This document shows positions 38,075 through 51,124 of a stretch of 64,000 nucleotides of DNA, piece by piece; position 1 is the stretch's first letter, and each line of letters begins with the position of its first letter. Source of the DNA: Lytechinus pictus (Eukaryota); assembly GCF_037042905.1 (NCBI RefSeq), contig NC_087250.1:27406001-27470000 (forward strand). The letters are read 5' to 3'. The notes under the pieces are model-generated. The model worked only from the letters and a program-made list of their open reading frames with translations, had not been told where the DNA came from and made no database searches. The position numbers were made by a program, and so were the translations under genes.

Positions 38075-40602
38075 CCGGTGTACCGGCGGATCCTGCGCCT
38101 GGCAGATACTGTTCTAGGCACAAAATCCGCCGGCGGATCGTGTTCTACTCCGGCGGATCCAGTACCAAAAAAGGCCACTCTCTTCGGAAGATATCGTTCT
38201 TGGGCTATCGCGATATCCTTCATTCACATACGTCACGTAGTACGAGAAAACTAGTCAAAAAGCGGTAGATTTCATCAATTAAAGCTTGCAGAAAAAGATA
38301 TTTATGATATCTCTATGTGATAGAAGTGAAGAAATAAAATGCGTAATCTGAAATTGGAAAATAACCCATTTTCTTGTTACAACTCTACGGGAATTACACC
38401 ACTTCTAACACTACATGACGTCACGGTCTCGGTGCGAGGCCGGTGAAAGCATATTTACAAGAAAGTATATTTTCGAAACCCGATAATTGGAGTTATTCTT
38501 AAGCACAATATTCAGCTGTAAGCGATGACTGCATAAAACTTGCATTTCTGTTTTTAGTTTGAATTAATAGCTTTCGATTTGACTGATTTGTCAACTTTTG
38601 GGGTCTGGTCTGGGTCTTTAAATAGTCCACATTTAGTCTTCATTCAACTTTCAATGTCTACTGCACTACTAGTATACAAAGAATTTACCCCATGATATGA
38701 TAATGCTTGTAGTCTAATAACATGCATTTGTTAATTTATTTTATACCTATTAATTTATTGCAGTATGAAAAGTCCTTCTTATCACAATTTTGGGGATAAA
38801 TTGGGCACAATATGCATCAATTATGATTAATACAGAGTATTAAATAAAGACAAACAATGGCAGTTTCGATAATTAAAATCAGTATTTGTATAAATTTGTA
38901 TAAATAATGATCACTGCAAATGAAATTCTTGAATTACGAAATTCCAATGTATTACTATTATTTCCTCTACATTTTCTCGTATATTTTTTTCTATTTTTCT
39001 CTCCCTCCCCTTCCTCTTTCTATTTCTCCTTTTTGGTGCTATATTACCCACGCGTATACGCCCCAGATATATTCATAATGTGCAAGAACGATATAGGAAA
39101 CTGGAAAAGAGGCAAAAGGGGCGAAATGAGCAGGGACAGAAAGAAAGGCAAAAAAAATAAAGAGATGAAAACCAGGAGGGGGTAAAGTAAAAGAAACAAA
39201 ATATATAAAGGAGAAATTATATTTCACTAAAGATCCCATATTGATCTTAAAATTAGATGACTGAGAGGTAAATTAGGGAGCACCAAACAGTACGTGGCGT
39301 ATCTAACTTTTGTCAGGGTGATCTTCCGGTCCCCTTCAATCATCATCATCATCATCATATCACCGTCACCCTCACCTTTATCATCTTCATCTTCATACTA
39401 AAAATATTGCATGAATTGATGTTTCGTATTTAAAAATATATATGCCCATTCTGCTTTATAAATGCATAAATTAATTTAATTAGTTTTAGTTTGGGATTGT
39501 CATTTTTCTTCAAGCAATCTGCTTATGATGACAATCCTTCTCCTGCAAATTGTGAATATCATATAATAATTTGGTAGTTAATCATTTTTGTCTGGAATAA
39601 TTTTTTTGTACACTTTATTTATGATTCATGGCAAAATTGCTAACATAATATTATGTTTATTATGTTATGGAAAATGTATTATACGAATGTTCCATGGATG
39701 CAGAAAAAAAACATAAATCAAATCAAATCAAATGAATTAATTCAGATTCCTTAACATTGAAAAAAAAAGAATAAAAAAAACAAATAAAAAAAATACATGA
39801 AAATTAAAAAATAGGCCTTCAATAAACTACATAAGAAATTAATCATGTTCTGACATTCCTTTTTTATGTTTGTTAGAAATAAAAAATTTATGTTTTCACC
39901 AAAAATTAGCATTCTACAAGCAATAATATGAGTTAACAGCAAAACAAATATTTTCATACACTAATTTGAATCATTTATTTTAAATATGAAAATTTTAACT
40001 TGTTGAAATTTTTCTAAAAATTTGTAGTTTCAAAAACCTATAGGCCTATATGGGGGTGCAAATTTTCGCCAAACAGTCTGGCAAACTGACAGTAAACATG
40101 GTGTGAAAAAGCACAGTTAAAGAGATCGATGCATACTGCGGACTGAAAATAGTATAAAAATTCACAAAACAAAATGATGAAAATTTCATCTTATAATAAT
40201 AAATAGTATAGTTTTGCGTATGTGTCAGCTAGGTCTACGTAATACATATCGAGACATTATTTCTCCTATTAATCCTCACCCCCATCGAGCCCTTTGTCAA
40301 AAGCTGTATGGATCCGCCCCTGAATAAAAATTCACTAAAGGCGGACGAAAATCCCCCCCCCCATGCATTGCGATCGACATTGCCGAGCCGCGCATGCGCG
40401 CGCTGCCGAGGTTGTCTGTCCAAATCAATATTACACGTATAATCAATAGAACCAAATCCGCCGAGGAACCAAATCTGCAAACATCAAGCCGCGTCAAACC
40501 CGGCGGATATGGTTCCGATTAAAAACGATATCGGCCATTTAGAACGATATCTGCTGGCGGATACGGTATCCGCCGGTGGAACCAAATCCGCCGCTACACC
40601 GG
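38075..40602. mobile_element. Probable DNA transposon with CCGGTGT...ACACCGG ends and subterminal GGCGGAT/ATCCGCC repeats
   Basis: GCCGGTGTACCGGCGGAT vs ATCCGCCGCTACACCGGC; no matching TSD found. Confidence 0.55.
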
Positions 40603-41578
40603 CCCCCAGCATCTAGGACCCGATCCAAGATGGAGGGCCGCCACAGTATATTCATGAAGACATGCAGAGGCCCGTCTCATCAGAACAATGAAAGTGCTTA
40701 AAATATCAAAAATCTATCATTTCTTATCCGGTTTCAATGACATTGTCAGTATTTTAATTGTCTAATTTTACTTTTTCTATTCAAATCACATTATATCCAA
40801 GCCTAGAGTACCCCCTCTAAGCTTCCTTTCTTAGGCACGTCAACCCACATGAAATAATAATATTTGTTGACAACGAAACTACATAATTTTTATCATGTCA
40901 TCTCTGCCTTCCAGAAGGTGTACGTTGTTCATTGAATCACATGGATCCTTTTAATTTATACAGTCTTTTATATATCTATGTAATACACTGAAATATGAAG
41001 AGTTAATGGACGAGGTGTAATGTTTAATACTTAATTCTTATATTGCCCCCTTTCCTGTCCAAACGACGGTGTAATATTCGCAACAATCACCCTCATGAAC
41101 ATTTGGTATTTGCATACTATACCAGCATGCTGACAATCACCATGTAGAAGCATGCTCATTATAACTGTAACGTCAAATATTGTTTAAATGATATGTTATT
41201 TTTCCTGTCTAACCATCCTTGTGATCCTATACAGAGTGTTGTGCATATGAAGAGTTTAGTTACAAAAGGGGTTAGGTCCACTATGGACCATTTCGAGAAA
41301 AAAACCATGTTTTTTATTCTCACTTATGTAATGTTATGTTGGTGGAATGACACTGTATATCACTGAGATGGACACGTGACTGATTGAACTCTCAAATAAC
41401 AAGTTTATTAACAACCACTTAGCAACCACGCGCATGCGTAAACATATATCATAACCAGGGCCGTAGCTGGAGGGGGGGGGGGTATGGGGGTGTGACACCC
41501 CCCCCCCCCCAACATTCATGGCAGTCGGCAAAATCATGTACCAGTTGGCAAAATGTAGGATAGGGGAAAAAGAAAGAG

Positions 41579-41756
41579 CGCCATGGGTTAATAAGGCACA
41601 ACTTAATATAAAAGAAGTAAATAAACTAAGCAACTTTGAGGTTACGTGTAACTGTCTTTAATAACCATGGCCAAGAGACCAACACAAGGTGGCGCGCTTA
41701 CACTTTGCGATTGCAACAACGAATCATCAGTATAATACGATAACAACACACTGGCG
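41579..41756 (-). repeat. 3' LTR (178 bp)
   Basis: 177/178 identical to 45718-45895 by eye; minus-strand ATTAAA inside. Confidence 0.92.
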
Positions 41757-43267
41757 TGACTGCCTTTTACTTTTCCCATCTTTTTACAATAAAAACTGTA
41801 TGACAAAATCATGATGATTCGTAATTAAATCACTATTACATAAAAAGGGTTAGACCTTCACTGGTGTAAGACTCTGATAAATCTAGTCACCAATGTATCA
41901 TAACAAGTTGAATACTAAACAGGCATACCCAAACAAAGGTCACAATTTAAAAAAAAACATCAAATGGCAGCACCACTTCTCATCTCTCTCCATCATATAA
42001 ATTGACGAAAAACATAGGTGGGCTTACAAACGGAATGACAGCAAATTATTATCCCCGTCTAAACAGCGGATTGCAAAAATTGGACCCAAAACTACTCCAA
42101 AACACAAGGCTCAATTAAGGCTGTGCACTAATAGCCAATTCTCGACACAAATTAAACAAGCATAAACCTGCATTAAAAAAGAAAACATGCATATTGGCAA
42201 ATAAAACAAAAAGCAATACAATGACCTCAGTGCAAAGTTTCCACATAGCAAATAGATTAAATGCACAGTTGAACGATGTCACCCTAAATAGCAAAAACAT
42301 CTGTGTACGATAAAAAAGGATGGCACAAAAAAAACAGGACAAAAATTACTGAATTATGAGCAGTCTCATACCATCTCAATGAGATAAAAAAATACTTGCA
42401 AAAACGGAAATGGATCAAATAGAGGAAACAGCCACTTACCCACAACGTATGACTGTTTAACTACATAAAATTGACACAAGGAACTGAGTAACATTACTAG
42501 GTATAATGCATGATACACACAAGTTATACAATGTCTGAAAACAAGGCATATAAATCATTATTCAGAACAAAAGTATACTAACTAATATCAAAACAACACA
42601 AATCATCTTCTCAAATATCACTGTAGGCACACATTAAAGAATCAGCAAATGTCAGATAATCATCACCTGTCCAGTATAACGCCATAAAAATACACATCCA
42701 CAAAATCAACAACACTCATAACTGGCAGAATCACTCACCCAAAGCACATCACAAATTACATCATGAAACTGTTTATTGTGATCAATCAACATAACATACT
42801 ATACTGTATACAAAAAATCATTGAACCCCAAAATACCTGCAAATAATTATAATAAAATATCCTGACAGAAAATTACAAGTCATAAAATTTACATGGCACT
42901 CCTAACCTTCCTGATTGAACAGAAATATACCTGCAAATAAACATAACACAAAAGTACATATAAAACCAAGTAAGCATGCTGTCCATATCGGCTAACAACA
43001 TCAAGTGATGAAATGTATAAAAGTCCTGATAGAATGTTCTTCATAATCACATAATATGGCCAGTCCAATTATAAAAGCAGTGTCCAAGCTCACGAAAGAT
43101 GTAGAGTAATCACTGTCCATGGAAAGAAGTTATGTCTACGTAATCATAGGTCTTGAAAGCAAGGCGAGCGAACACTGTATCAAACAATAAATGTCTCTGG
43201 AGCGTTGATAGGCGAGAATCATGAAGAAAAGTCCTAGGTAGGGACCAACATCATACGGTCTATGAAA

Positions 43268-45559
43268 CTATACCACTGGGATAGACAGACCAGCAGGACC
43301 ATACCCTGGAGTAGCATGGGGCCGGTCTGGCGGACGAGTGTGAAGACATCCTTCAGGGTTGGACAGATCAGCAGGACAATGCCCTGGTATAGCATGGGGC
43401 TGATCTGGAGGACGACAATGATGAACACCTTCAAGGACAGACAGATCAGCAGGACCAAGCTCTAGGGTAGCAAGGGGCTGATTTGGAGGGCGAGTACGAG
43501 GAGCGACACCAGTCCGGATTGAATGAACATGGCTATTAGAGACTGGGATGCTAGGTGAGTGCTTACATTCGGTAGGATACGATGCTGGCGGGATGAACGA
43601 CTTACAGCTCTGCGGGATCAACCCGTTCACGAAACAGTGTACCCGCGCCGGACGGATAACTTGCGTAGTAGAGCTACTGCTGCTGACGTTAGCCTGGCAC
43701 GGAGGCATAGCGGTTACCCCGGTGTTTGCTCTGTGGCGGTTACTCGCGTTGAAGGGTAACACCGCATCGGCCGATGGTGTAACGGACACAGTATCAACAC
43801 TACTAGAAGTGTCAAACATGTGATCAAGAGGCAGTACGGTACCTCCACGGTCAACGACAAGGTTGCTACCTATGCAGCGATCCAGTAGCATATCGAGTGA
43901 TATGTTAGGCAAAACTGTCTCATCAGGCAAAGTCATGTTAGGGAAAATTGTCACATCCGGCAACGTCAAGGTAGGCGAAACTGTCACATCAGGCAAAGAC
44001 AAGTTAGGCAAAACTGTTACATCAGGCAAAGTCATGTTAGGTGAAATTGTCACATCTGACAAAAAGCAAGGACCATGGTTCTGACTAGGATCCAAATCAA
44101 GGGACTCTGTAAAACTGCAGGTCACATTGGATTGGCAACAATCCCAAATTACCAAAGGCTGAAACTCATCGGCAGAAAGTGGAGAGCAACTCAATCCACT
44201 CAGAGTAGTAAAGGCAATATTACCATGCCAACAATCAATGCAATGGAGTGAAGAAGTTCTGAAATCACTCAAACATAAAACTGGAGGAGAGCATGAACTG
44301 CTTTCATAATTGTCTGTAACTGTACACTCTTGGAACAATGAAGGCACATTGGCATCGGTATCCTGACCAATTACATCACTAACAATAGACCCTACATTAT
44401 CTTTCCTTGTTTCTTTTACATCTCTCATGTGACCAATAAGCACATCATCTCCATTAGCTTTATCAACCACATCAACATTAGCTTCATATCCAATTTCTTC
44501 ATTCCATTGTTTCACATCACATTGGTCACTTTCATGAACCAGACTATCACTAGTTGCATACTCAACCTCTTCATTCCATCCTTTCATGTCAGCACTGTTT
44601 GTTATTTTCACCTCACCATCACAATTCATGTATCCATCAACTGCATTACATTGTTTCACATGAACTATGTTAGAGTCATTACCTCCACCATCACTACTCT
44701 CATACCCATCATCTACATTGCATGGTGTCATTTCACCTTTGTTAGTTTCATGCACCTCACCATCACTAGTCTCATCTCTTCGGTCTTCATTCCGAGATTT
44801 ACAATCATTACTTTCAGATTCATCTATCACACTATCACTCGTCTCATATCCATCATCTCCTTTGTGTATGTTAGTGTTTACTGGTGTGACTGTGGTCCCT
44901 AATGTAACATGATTATGAATTCCACGACTATCATTAATTGGACTCTCATTTTTCTCGCGTTCCTGATCATTTAGAATGAGATTCGTAACCGTATGTATGC
45001 CGGCGAGATCAACATCATACAAACACGGCGGAGCTGCTCTAGATGACACACCATAGCAGAAAGTAGCACCGTCTCCAAACATGATCAACTGCTTGGAGGG
45101 GCGAACCGAAATATCGTTCTGCTCCATGAATGGAGCCCCAGCAACAATGCTACAAGAACCTCTCAAGTAATCATCTTGGACTACCACACCATCAAACCAA
45201 AGTTCACAACCATCGTAAAATAATGTGAACTGAGCCACACCCACAATGTGGGTCTGACCGACGAGACTAACAATGGACACATCATCAACAAAATAATCAT
45301 CAAAACCAAAATCATCAACAAGAATCTCGACACCAATATCATCTGCTACAGATTCAGTGATTAAATTGAGCTGTGATCCGCTCTTCAATTCAACATTAAT
45401 CCGCGAATTATCTATTGTGCGGGCACAAAAACAAGGTTTATTCAATATCTGCCTGCAAGCAGAAAACTGGCGCAACCCTGGTTGCGACGACCTGCTAGCC
45501 GAACGCCAGCTCGACGCATCGTGAACGGCTGCCGCGGCGGTCAACGCGGCCCTGGCCAT
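43268..45559 (-). CDS. 763-aa protein: degenerate retroviral-type aspartic protease fold, then 24-aa acidic, 11-aa and 26-aa (RPPD) repeat blocks
   Basis: Uninterrupted ORF; ATG in ACCATGG context at 45559; VELKSGSQLNLI (K in place of the D of DSG) ... IVAGAPFMEQNDISVRP; no RT, RNase H, integrase or zinc-knuckle motifs. Confidence 0.7.
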   Translation of the reverse strand: MARAALTAAAAVHDASSWRSASRSSQPGLRQFSACRQILNKPCFCARTIDNSRINVELKSGSQLNLITESVADDIGVEILVDDFGFDDYFVDDVSIVSLVGQTHIVGVAQFTLFYDGCELWFDGVVVQDDYLRGSCSIVAGAPFMEQNDISVRPSKQLIMFGDGATFCYGVSSRAAPPCLYDVDLAGIHTVTNLILNDQEREKNESPINDSRGIHNHVTLGTTVTPVNTNIHKGDDGYETSDSVIDESESNDCKSRNEDRRDETSDGEVHETNKGEMTPCNVDDGYESSDGGGNDSNIVHVKQCNAVDGYMNCDGEVKITNSADMKGWNEEVEYATSDSLVHESDQCDVKQWNEEIGYEANVDVVDKANGDDVLIGHMRDVKETRKDNVGSIVSDVIGQDTDANVPSLFQECTVTDNYESSSCSPPVLCLSDFRTSSLHCIDCWHGNIAFTTLSGLSCSPLSADEFQPLVIWDCCQSNVTCSFTESLDLDPSQNHGPCFLSDVTISPNMTLPDVTVLPNLSLPDVTVSPTLTLPDVTIFPNMTLPDETVLPNISLDMLLDRCIGSNLVVDRGGTVLPLDHMFDTSSSVDTVSVTPSADAVLPFNASNRHRANTGVTAMPPCQANVSSSSSTTQVIRPARVHCFVNGLIPQSCKSFIPPASYPTECKHSPSIPVSNSHVHSIRTGVAPRTRPPNQPLATLELGPADLSVLEGVHHCRPPDQPHAIPGHCPADLSNPEGCLHTRPPDRPHATPGYGPAGLSIPVV

Positions 45560-45702
45560 GGTATATGTGGGACTACACAAATTTATATTCGGGAAGAAAC
45601 CCAACCTCTCGTCTACCACCGATAGAACACGGCGTGCCTAGCCCCAATTTATAGGGTTAAATTAACTTGGGAAGGCTTATTTATACTCGATGGGTGGATA
45701 CA

Positions 45703-45717
45703 ATCCAGCTGCCACCA
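45703..45717 (-). other. Primer-binding site (probably tRNA-Leu-like)
   Basis: TGGTGGCAGCTGGAT directly after the 5' LTR, complementary to a tRNA 3' end ...GCUGCCACCA. Confidence 0.75.
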
Positions 45718-45895
45718 CGCCATGGGTTAATAAGGCACAACTTAATATAAAAGAAGTAAATAAACTAAGCAACTTTGAGGTTACGTGTAACTGTCTTTAA
45801 TAACCATGGCCAAGAGACCAACACAAGGTGGCGCGCTTACACTTTGCGATTGCAACATCGAATCATCAGTATAATACGATAACAACACACTGGCG
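45718..45895 (-). repeat. 5' LTR (178 bp)
   Basis: Direct repeat of 41579-41756. Confidence 0.92.
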
Positions 45896-46025
45896 GAGGG
45901 AAAGAAAGGAAGAGAAAAAAGAAAGAAGGAGAGAGGGGAGAGAAAGAAAAAGAAAGAAAGAAAGAGAGAGAGAGGGGGAGAAAGGGGGGGGGGGGGGAAG
46001 TGAGATAGAAAGAAAGAAAGAAAGA

Positions 46026-46257
46026 AATAATAATAATGATAATAATAGGCATTTATATAGCGCCATCTATCTAGAAATATTCTATTCCGAGGCGCGTTGT
46101 TATTATTATTATCACCCCGGCTTTAGCTCGAGCTGCCTTTCAGCGCTCATGCATTCAAGGAATTAATCCTGCCAGGTACCCATTCACCTCACCTGGATCG
46201 AGTGCAGCACAATGTGGATAAATTCCTTGCTGAAGGAAATTACGCCATGGCTGGGAT
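46026..46257 (-). mobile_element. 5'-truncated copy of the tRNA-derived SINE
   Basis: Shares CACCTGG.TCGAGTGCAGCACAATGTGGAT...GAAGGAAATTACGCCATGGCTGGGAT with ~2245-2312; (TTA)n tail; flanked by GAAA repeats. Confidence 0.8.
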
Positions 46258-46516
46258 GAAAGAAAGAAATTCAATTCAATTTCAATTTTATTTCAATCAT
46301 AAAATCATAAAATATGTACAAAGTAACATGCAACAATCGAGATTTAATCTAATGAATGAAATTGGAGACTAATATGAACGTTTAAAAAACTTGTGAGTCA
46401 TAGTCCCCCAAAACAGGGAAAAGAAACACATGTTACGATATAATATAAACACACACACACCATCACACACACACACACACCATCACACGCATGATACATA
46501 GGTACTTAAAATAGAG

Positions 46517-48037
46517 TTACAAGGAATAGGAAGAGACGAGCTGTCTCTTCAATAAGACCTTAAAAGATGACAATGTAGTGCATGACATAAAATTATTAGG
46601 TAAATTGTTCCAAATACGGGGACCGTTGTGTCTAAGAGAGTTGAGTAAGGACTGAGACGAAACCTTTGGGTAATGGTATTTTATACATGAGCGGGTATTA
46701 TGGGAATGGATAGATTTATTAAGAGTAAACATTTGACAAATTATTTTAGGTGCAATACTATTATTAACATAAAACATCATTATTGCAATTTGGAATGTAT
46801 ATATATCATAAATCGTAAGTGTTTGTAACCTAAAAAATAAAGGACGAGAGTGAGCTTGAAAATGAGAATTTGTACATATTCTAAGAGCTTTCTTTTGCAG
46901 TTTGTATAAAGATTCTAATTTAGTTTTACCAACTGCTGCCCAGGTAATGGTACAATAATATAAGTATGGTAAAATTAAACAGTTATACAACATAAATAAT
47001 ACATTTTGAGGTAGGGATATACGTAATTTACGGAGGATACCAATGTTTTTAGATATTTTGTTTGCAATATATTGACGATGGTCCTGGAAAGATAAAGTAT
47101 CATCAAGAATTATTCCTAAAAATTTAACTGAAGTACACACATTCAAATTAACATGGTTTATAAGTATTCTAATATCCTTACAATTACATGGGTGGGATTT
47201 TCTATTAAAATATAATACACACGTTTTGTCATTGTTTATGATTAATTCATTAGCATCAAACCATTGTATAACATTTTCTAATTCTCTATTTACCTGTAAT
47301 ATTAATCTATTGAAATCTTTATGACATGCAATTAAGTTGGTATCGTCGGCAAACAGTATAAAACGAAAAAAGGATGAAGAATAGCTCAGATCATTTATAT
47401 AGATCAAGAAAAGGAGAGGACCCAGTATAGAGCCCTGTGGGACTCCACACTGGATCCTCTTTCTATCGGAAACAAAATTATTATAACATGTGAAATGGAA
47501 ACGATTACTCAAATAATTCTTAAACCACTGTAAGGCTACACCACGTATACCAAAAAACTGTAATTTACAGAGGAGAATATCATGGTTGATGACATCAAAC
47601 GCTTTAGATAGATCAAGAAATAAGCCTAATGTATGAACTTTGTTTGTTAATTTATTTTGGGTGTAATCATGAAGGTCAATTAAAGCATGTGCACAGGAGG
47701 ATTGTTTTCTAAAACCGTACTGAGAGTCATCAAGGAGATTATATTTATTTATATGATTAAAAACCCTATTGTAAATCAATTTTTCTAATATCTTAGAAAA
47801 ACAAGGGAGCAAAGTTATAGGGCGATAGTTAGAAAATATATGGGGATCCCCTTTCTTAAATATGGGTATAATTTTTCCTACTTTGAAGTTCATAGGAACC
47901 TTACCAGATAAAAAGGACAGATTACAAATATGTACAATGGGTTTAACAATAAAATGGATAACATGTTTAATAGTATATTGCGTAAGTCCTTCGAAATCTT
48001 GGCTTTTGGAAGAATTTATACATTTAACTATATTTAA
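46517..48037 (-). pseudogene. LINE ORF2 3' part (reverse transcriptase)
   Basis: NYRPITLL, QYGFR, LDLSKAFD, GVPQGSILGPLLFLIYIND, LFADDT, KFLG. Confidence 0.93.
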
Positions 48038-49258
48038 AGTATACATCCAAAGAAAATTCACGAAAGTGATGGTTATAGAAAAATTATATATGAATGGAAA
48101 GGTCTTGTCTTTTTATACACAAATATGTCACTGAAAAGTCTTATTGATGTCGTGGAAATGCAAGAAATGAAATTATTAGAGACCCTTCTCAGCCCCCCAG
48201 CCGCCCCCAGACAGCGATCAAATACAGTCGAGAATAATGACGTCACATGATGATCGACTCACTCAGCCGCTCTCTAGCTCTGTGCAATTCCAAGCCAGCA
48301 GTTCTCTGATAGCTGATTCACCTTCCTGGTCTCTATTTTTCTTCGAATTTACCGTTTTCTTCATGTATTGTGATATCCGAATTCTGTTTTCGACAACTTC
48401 AGACTATAAGGGAACCAGAACTGTGTTATTTTGCCCGGTTTTTATTGAATTGTGAACTGGAAAGATCGATTTTGTCCACTCGACAGTCTTCGTTGTGTTG
48501 CTCTACTAACTATTGAAAAACTCCAAGCTGCACGGTCCCATTCACTTGCTCCCGATGCATGTTGCAGGTTACGCTGTTTGATCCAGTCAAAAGTCAAGGT
48601 AAGCATGTTTGGAAACTGTACTTGTTCTGACGATGCATCCAGGTCAGATGACAGATACAGATCTGATATAAGTTTAGAATCATGCATTTTGGCGTATACT
48701 ATTAAAATTAAAAAGTCTTTATTTTAGAAATAATGTTTTTGCACAATTCCAGCAGATTTTTTCTTCAGATTTCTAAAACTGGTCAGGACTCAGGCAGGCG
48801 ATTAAATTATTTAGGAGCACTGGTATGGACCATGGCTGAAAATCTGCTGTTTCAGAGGAATGTTTAAGTTTTTATTATACACAGAATTATATCACCATGA
48901 TGCCGATGTCATGAAGCCAGACAAATTTTCAGCAGTGATTACCCTGGCCAAAATCACTCACACGTATTGCGAGGTTAGTATTAGTATACTAACCTCGCAC
49001 CACGAACCGCGTTTGGCAGTGGATTTCTAACTAGTGGGTCGCGCGTGCTGGGATCTCACTTCTTGGGTCCACAACATACGACTTCTATGGCTTGAATTTT
49101 CTGTGCGAGGCGGCATGTAATGAACCCTTGGGTGGGCCAAAATTAGAGTCTGGTGTTTCTTTCTGATTAGAGTGTTGCTGCATATATGCATGCGTAATGC
49201 CTTCAACAATGAAGATAAATGCAATCTTTGTAATGACACAGAGACTCAGAGAGCACCG

Positions 49259-49545
49259 TACCTCAAGTGATGTTCGTGTAGTCTCCACTTCACTACTGCT
49301 ACAGCCTACACTACGCTACACACCTACCCGGGTAGGTGTGGCGTACATGTACCAGGGGCTTTTTTCCAAAAACCGTGTACAAAAACGTAAAAATGACCAT
49401 ATAATTGTGATTTTTAGCATGGTCAGCCCCCCCACTTTTGGCTCAGCCCCCCCCCCCCACTTTGAAAACCGTTCCGCGGCCCCTGTGTACGGTAGTGTAG
49501 CGGTAGTGAAGTGGAGTGGGGCCTACACAAACATCACTTGAGGTA
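49259..49545. mobile_element. Small palindromic element nested in the Kolobok-like insertion
   Basis: TACCTCAAGTGATGTT.GTGTAG ... CTACAC.AACATCACTTGAGGTA; GAGCACC near both flanks. Confidence 0.6.
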
Positions 49546-51061
49546 GATCGAGCACCAGTGTTTTGAGTGGAACTTTTCAGGTGTCTTAACCTACTATCAT
49601 TTGTTGTTGACCGGGAATTACATGCCACCGCACGTCATCAATCATCACGATAATTAAATTCATACTTTGATTTGATTATTTAAACTATTTCTTTTTTTCT
49701 CTCTTCTACACACAGATCTGCACACTTGCTGACTCTGGTGACTTCTGGTCTCTGCTTGCTACCTCAATCTGGGAGATTCCATCATGTCCTTTTACTATGA
49801 TTTGGATATAGCCATTTTCTTCTTCACTCTTTCCAGGACCTACGGTTTGCAAGTTGTGGACTGATAATGATACAAAAGAAAAATTTTCTTTAACAATCTT
49901 GGAAACAATTTTGAGCACAGTTTTGGAGAGAACTAAGAAATTTGACTTGGACAGGAATACAGCTTGTCAAAAATAATAACACACAATTTAAAACGAAAGA
50001 ACAATTTTAATGTTACTAGGGCATTTTGCGAGAAATGTTATACTCAATCACACGTCCCAAATCAAGGGTAAGTCCTTTGATTAAACATGTAGTTGAATTG
50101 CGATTGCAACTCGACCTTATTACGCTTGAATTTGAATTTAAGACTTACGCTTGATTTGCAATTGAACATAAGTTTCTTGCAGTGCCCCATAATTATGTTT
50201 TGTTATCAGATATTTAACGTGCTGATTTTTCTCGAAAGGTATAATATATTTGTCCTTTTAAACGGTATTTGAATATGGGTACGCCTTTTACTTGTTTTCC
50301 ACAATATTTATTGCATGTATGAACAGAAGTGAAATACTTATTGTGAAGCACTGTGAATGTTGTGTGCTGTTGTGTGATGGTTCATCATTTTTGTAATAAG
50401 ACTGAAAGCCTGGTGGATGTGAGGAAGTGGCCTGGATGAAAGAAAAGTGAACATGTGTCCAATTACTGATTTGCATATTCTAAGACAATTTTGTTTCTGG
50501 ATAAATTTTGCTATGCATTCCCTACATTAAGAGTAAAGGAGAAGTCCACGCAATCAAAAATTCATTTGAATTTAAAGAAAAATAAGATATTGCAGGAAAT
50601 TTCATAAAAAATTTGATTCAAATTTATATAATTACTATTTTAACAGTTCCGTAAATATAACCTATTGTGATCAGATGAAGAGTTTCCTATCGTCAAATCT
50701 GCAAAGAATAAAAAACAAAATGCCACAAAAAATAGAAACGAATGTGATGTGAGTGACAACTCTAATTTGCATATCATTGTTTTGTGTATATGACTGCTTT
50801 GAGTAAAAACAACAAGGGAAATTACTCTATTCAAATAATTTTTAGTTGATGTGGACTTGACTTTTAACTCTACCCCTCGATCCCATCCCAAATAAGAGTA
50901 TAAATAATCTAATCAAGAACTTGAAAATCAAAAGCAGCAATTAAGAAGCAAGATTTGATAAATACAGGTCTGAATAGAATTTCACAAGAAAATAAAAAGA
51001 GAAAAAAAGATGGGTAGGGACGGGGAAGAAATAAAAAAAAAATGCCCAGAAAAAAAAAATC

Positions 51062-51124
51062 CGAGTTTCGAACCAGGGTCCTCGCACATGACAAAACAAT
51101 GGCCAACGCATTTGGCCACAGACC
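51062..51124 (-). pseudogene. Degenerate tRNA-like sequence / SINE head
   Basis: Minus strand GGTCTGTGGCCAAATGCG (A-box-like) ... TTGTCAT ... CCTGGTTCGAAACTCGG (B-box-like); stems poorly paired. Confidence 0.4.

Larger units (their letters stand above)
41579..45895 (-). mobile_element. Non-autonomous LTR retroelement with CG...CG termini and 3-bp TSD (Troyka-type)
   Basis: Two 178-bp direct repeats with 1 mismatch, each CGCCA...TGGCG; GAG on both flanks; PBS TGGTGGCAGC next to the 5' LTR; purine-rich tract before the 3' LTR. Confidence 0.88.

Noticed and set aside
48300..50450. Transposase or captured exons inside the 3.8-kb TTAA element
   Set aside because: Only short ORFs with no recognisable motif; would need TBLASTX to pursue
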